A stretch of 64,000 nt of DNA from Callorhinchus milii (lineage: Eukaryota): NCBI RefSeq assembly GCF_018977255.1, contig NW_024704743.1, positions 104,286,001-104,350,000 on the forward strand, in the 5' to 3' direction. Each line of letters opens with the position of its first letter. Position 1 is the first letter of the stretch. Below are positions 62,458 through 64,000 of the stretch, piece by piece. The translations under genes and the position numbers were made by a program. The notes beneath the pieces were generated by a model that was given only the letters and a program-made list of their open reading frames with translations, was not told the origin of the DNA and did no database searches.

Positions 62458-64000
62458 AGATCAGCAAAGGACTATCCATCCACAAGACTGAAAGAAGGAT
62501 GTTCACGTCAGCCAGTTAGGAATAGGATGCTTTGACATGCCATTTGTAGATGTGAGATCATGAAAGAGAAGGGCATTCATAAGAAAAAGGGGAATAGAGA
62601 ATGCAGAGAGGCTAAGGAGGAGGGATTATGACAAGTGGAGATTCATATAGAGTATAAAAATGGCTACAGACAAATGGACCGAATGGTCATTTTCGGAAAT
62701 GTAGGTCTATGTAATTGTATGTAAAAATGTTTCAGTTGGGGTCATCGGAGGATTTTGTCAACAAAAGTATCAGAGTGATACATATTCCCCCAAAGAGATA
62801 ATTTGATGCTGAATACTTGCTCGACACTTGTGGCAAATATGGTTGAGAATGCTTCTCATGGCTCAGTTAATGTTGGGAGTACGTCACATGTGGACAAACA
62901 CATTATCCTATTATTTTGCAGAATGGACCGGAATGCACCGGTGTAATGATGTGTTCTGTCAATGAGCTATCCAATTCTGCAATAAGAGGAGAATGTTTGG
63001 GGATACAATGTGGGTTATTATTGTTCACCCACCATTGTGTTCTGTCTATTCAGACAAGAGTAAGTAGGGACATTCAAGGTGTTGCTTTCCATGTAGTTTG
63101 AGTTACACACAGATGTTGAAATGTACAGGACTGAAATGGTACAATGTGTACTCAATTTCAAAGATGTAATACAATTTAGTATTCAGAACAATAATTACTA
63201 TATGTGAAGGTGACTTATTCATCCAAGAGTTTAAAGGACACGGCTATGTTACCAATTCCCCATTGTTTTAATGCTTTCTGTGCATACTTGAAAGTCTGCT
63301 CTTTAGTTATTTCTGATAAATAATTGCTGATCTTGTAAAAAGGATTATTTGCTCCCAGAATTAGCTAATATGAAAGAGCACTAGGCTATTTGTTAATTTT
63401 TTTGCCCATGTAATTTGGTCACAAATTAAATTTCACTGAAAGCGCATAATTCATAGTTTTCTGTGGAAATATTTTAAAAAAATCTTAGTTCAGAGCCTAA
63501 CTGAGCTGGTGCGAAAGCTTAACACAATTTATTTAAGAGGTGGATAACAAGACACAAGCACATTAGTGAACTCCACAGAGACCTCTCCAGTTGATTACCA
63601 ACGGCTCTATATATCTGTACTCTCATCGCTGCTAACTAAATTAGCATTTAAAATATAAAAACTCAACATGACCATTTATCCTTTGATTACTTTTGTTGTG
63701 TAGAGAATTTATGCAGATGGACTAATCTCTTCAATTGAGTGAAAGTGTGAACGAGTCAAAAAAAGTAAGCAGTTTGTTATGTATTGGTTTGCAGTGGTGC
63801 ATTACACACTTCTTCCACTAGCAGATGCTATAATGTCTCTAAAGTTTCTCAAAAACATTTGTCATAATGACCAAAAAGGAATCTTGTGGCGGTACAAACC
63901 AAATATGTACTATACATTCACTCATATTGCGAACATTTTGACAGCGCATAGTCTTAAAGCTCTATGGTCTGAAAGAAAAGCACCTCCTGTCAAATGTAGC

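Overview
Repeat-dominated vertebrate genomic DNA. The element mix (tRNA-Ala/Deu-domain SINEs with L2-type tails, L2 and CR1 LINEs, a shark-type Penelope terminal repeat) points to a cartilaginous fish, probably a chimaera; this is an inference. No complete host gene is recognisable. Main contents: (1) a near-full-length single-ORF L2 LINE (4015-7663, minus) with a 16-bp target-site duplication, plus many 5'-truncated L2 copies; (2) about 20 copies of a partner SINE whose 3' hairpin covaries with the L2 3' hairpin; (3) a near-full-length decayed CR1 (30.7-35.1 kb) with a zinc-finger/esterase ORF1, an 18-bp E-box tandem array and a nested CR1 3' end; (4) an R4/Dong-like RLE fragment and a KIAA1586-like hAT transposase fossil; (5) a Penelope terminal-repeat fragment with an intact minimal hammerhead ribozyme core (44161-44197, minus); (6) several local duplications and templated insertions, including a candidate terminal coding exon (18229-18638, minus) with a broken paralog at 52 kb; (7) a CpG-rich, simple-repeat-inflated candidate promoter/first-exon region at 57.6-61.3 kb. 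I cannot demonstrate a wholly new biological system from sequence alone. The best leads are the hammerhead, the stepwise SINE tail convergence on the L2, the tails-out double L2 insertion and the multi-template rearrangement at 51.5-54.9 kb. Family names come from motif recognition, not database searches, and identities are eyeballed estimates.
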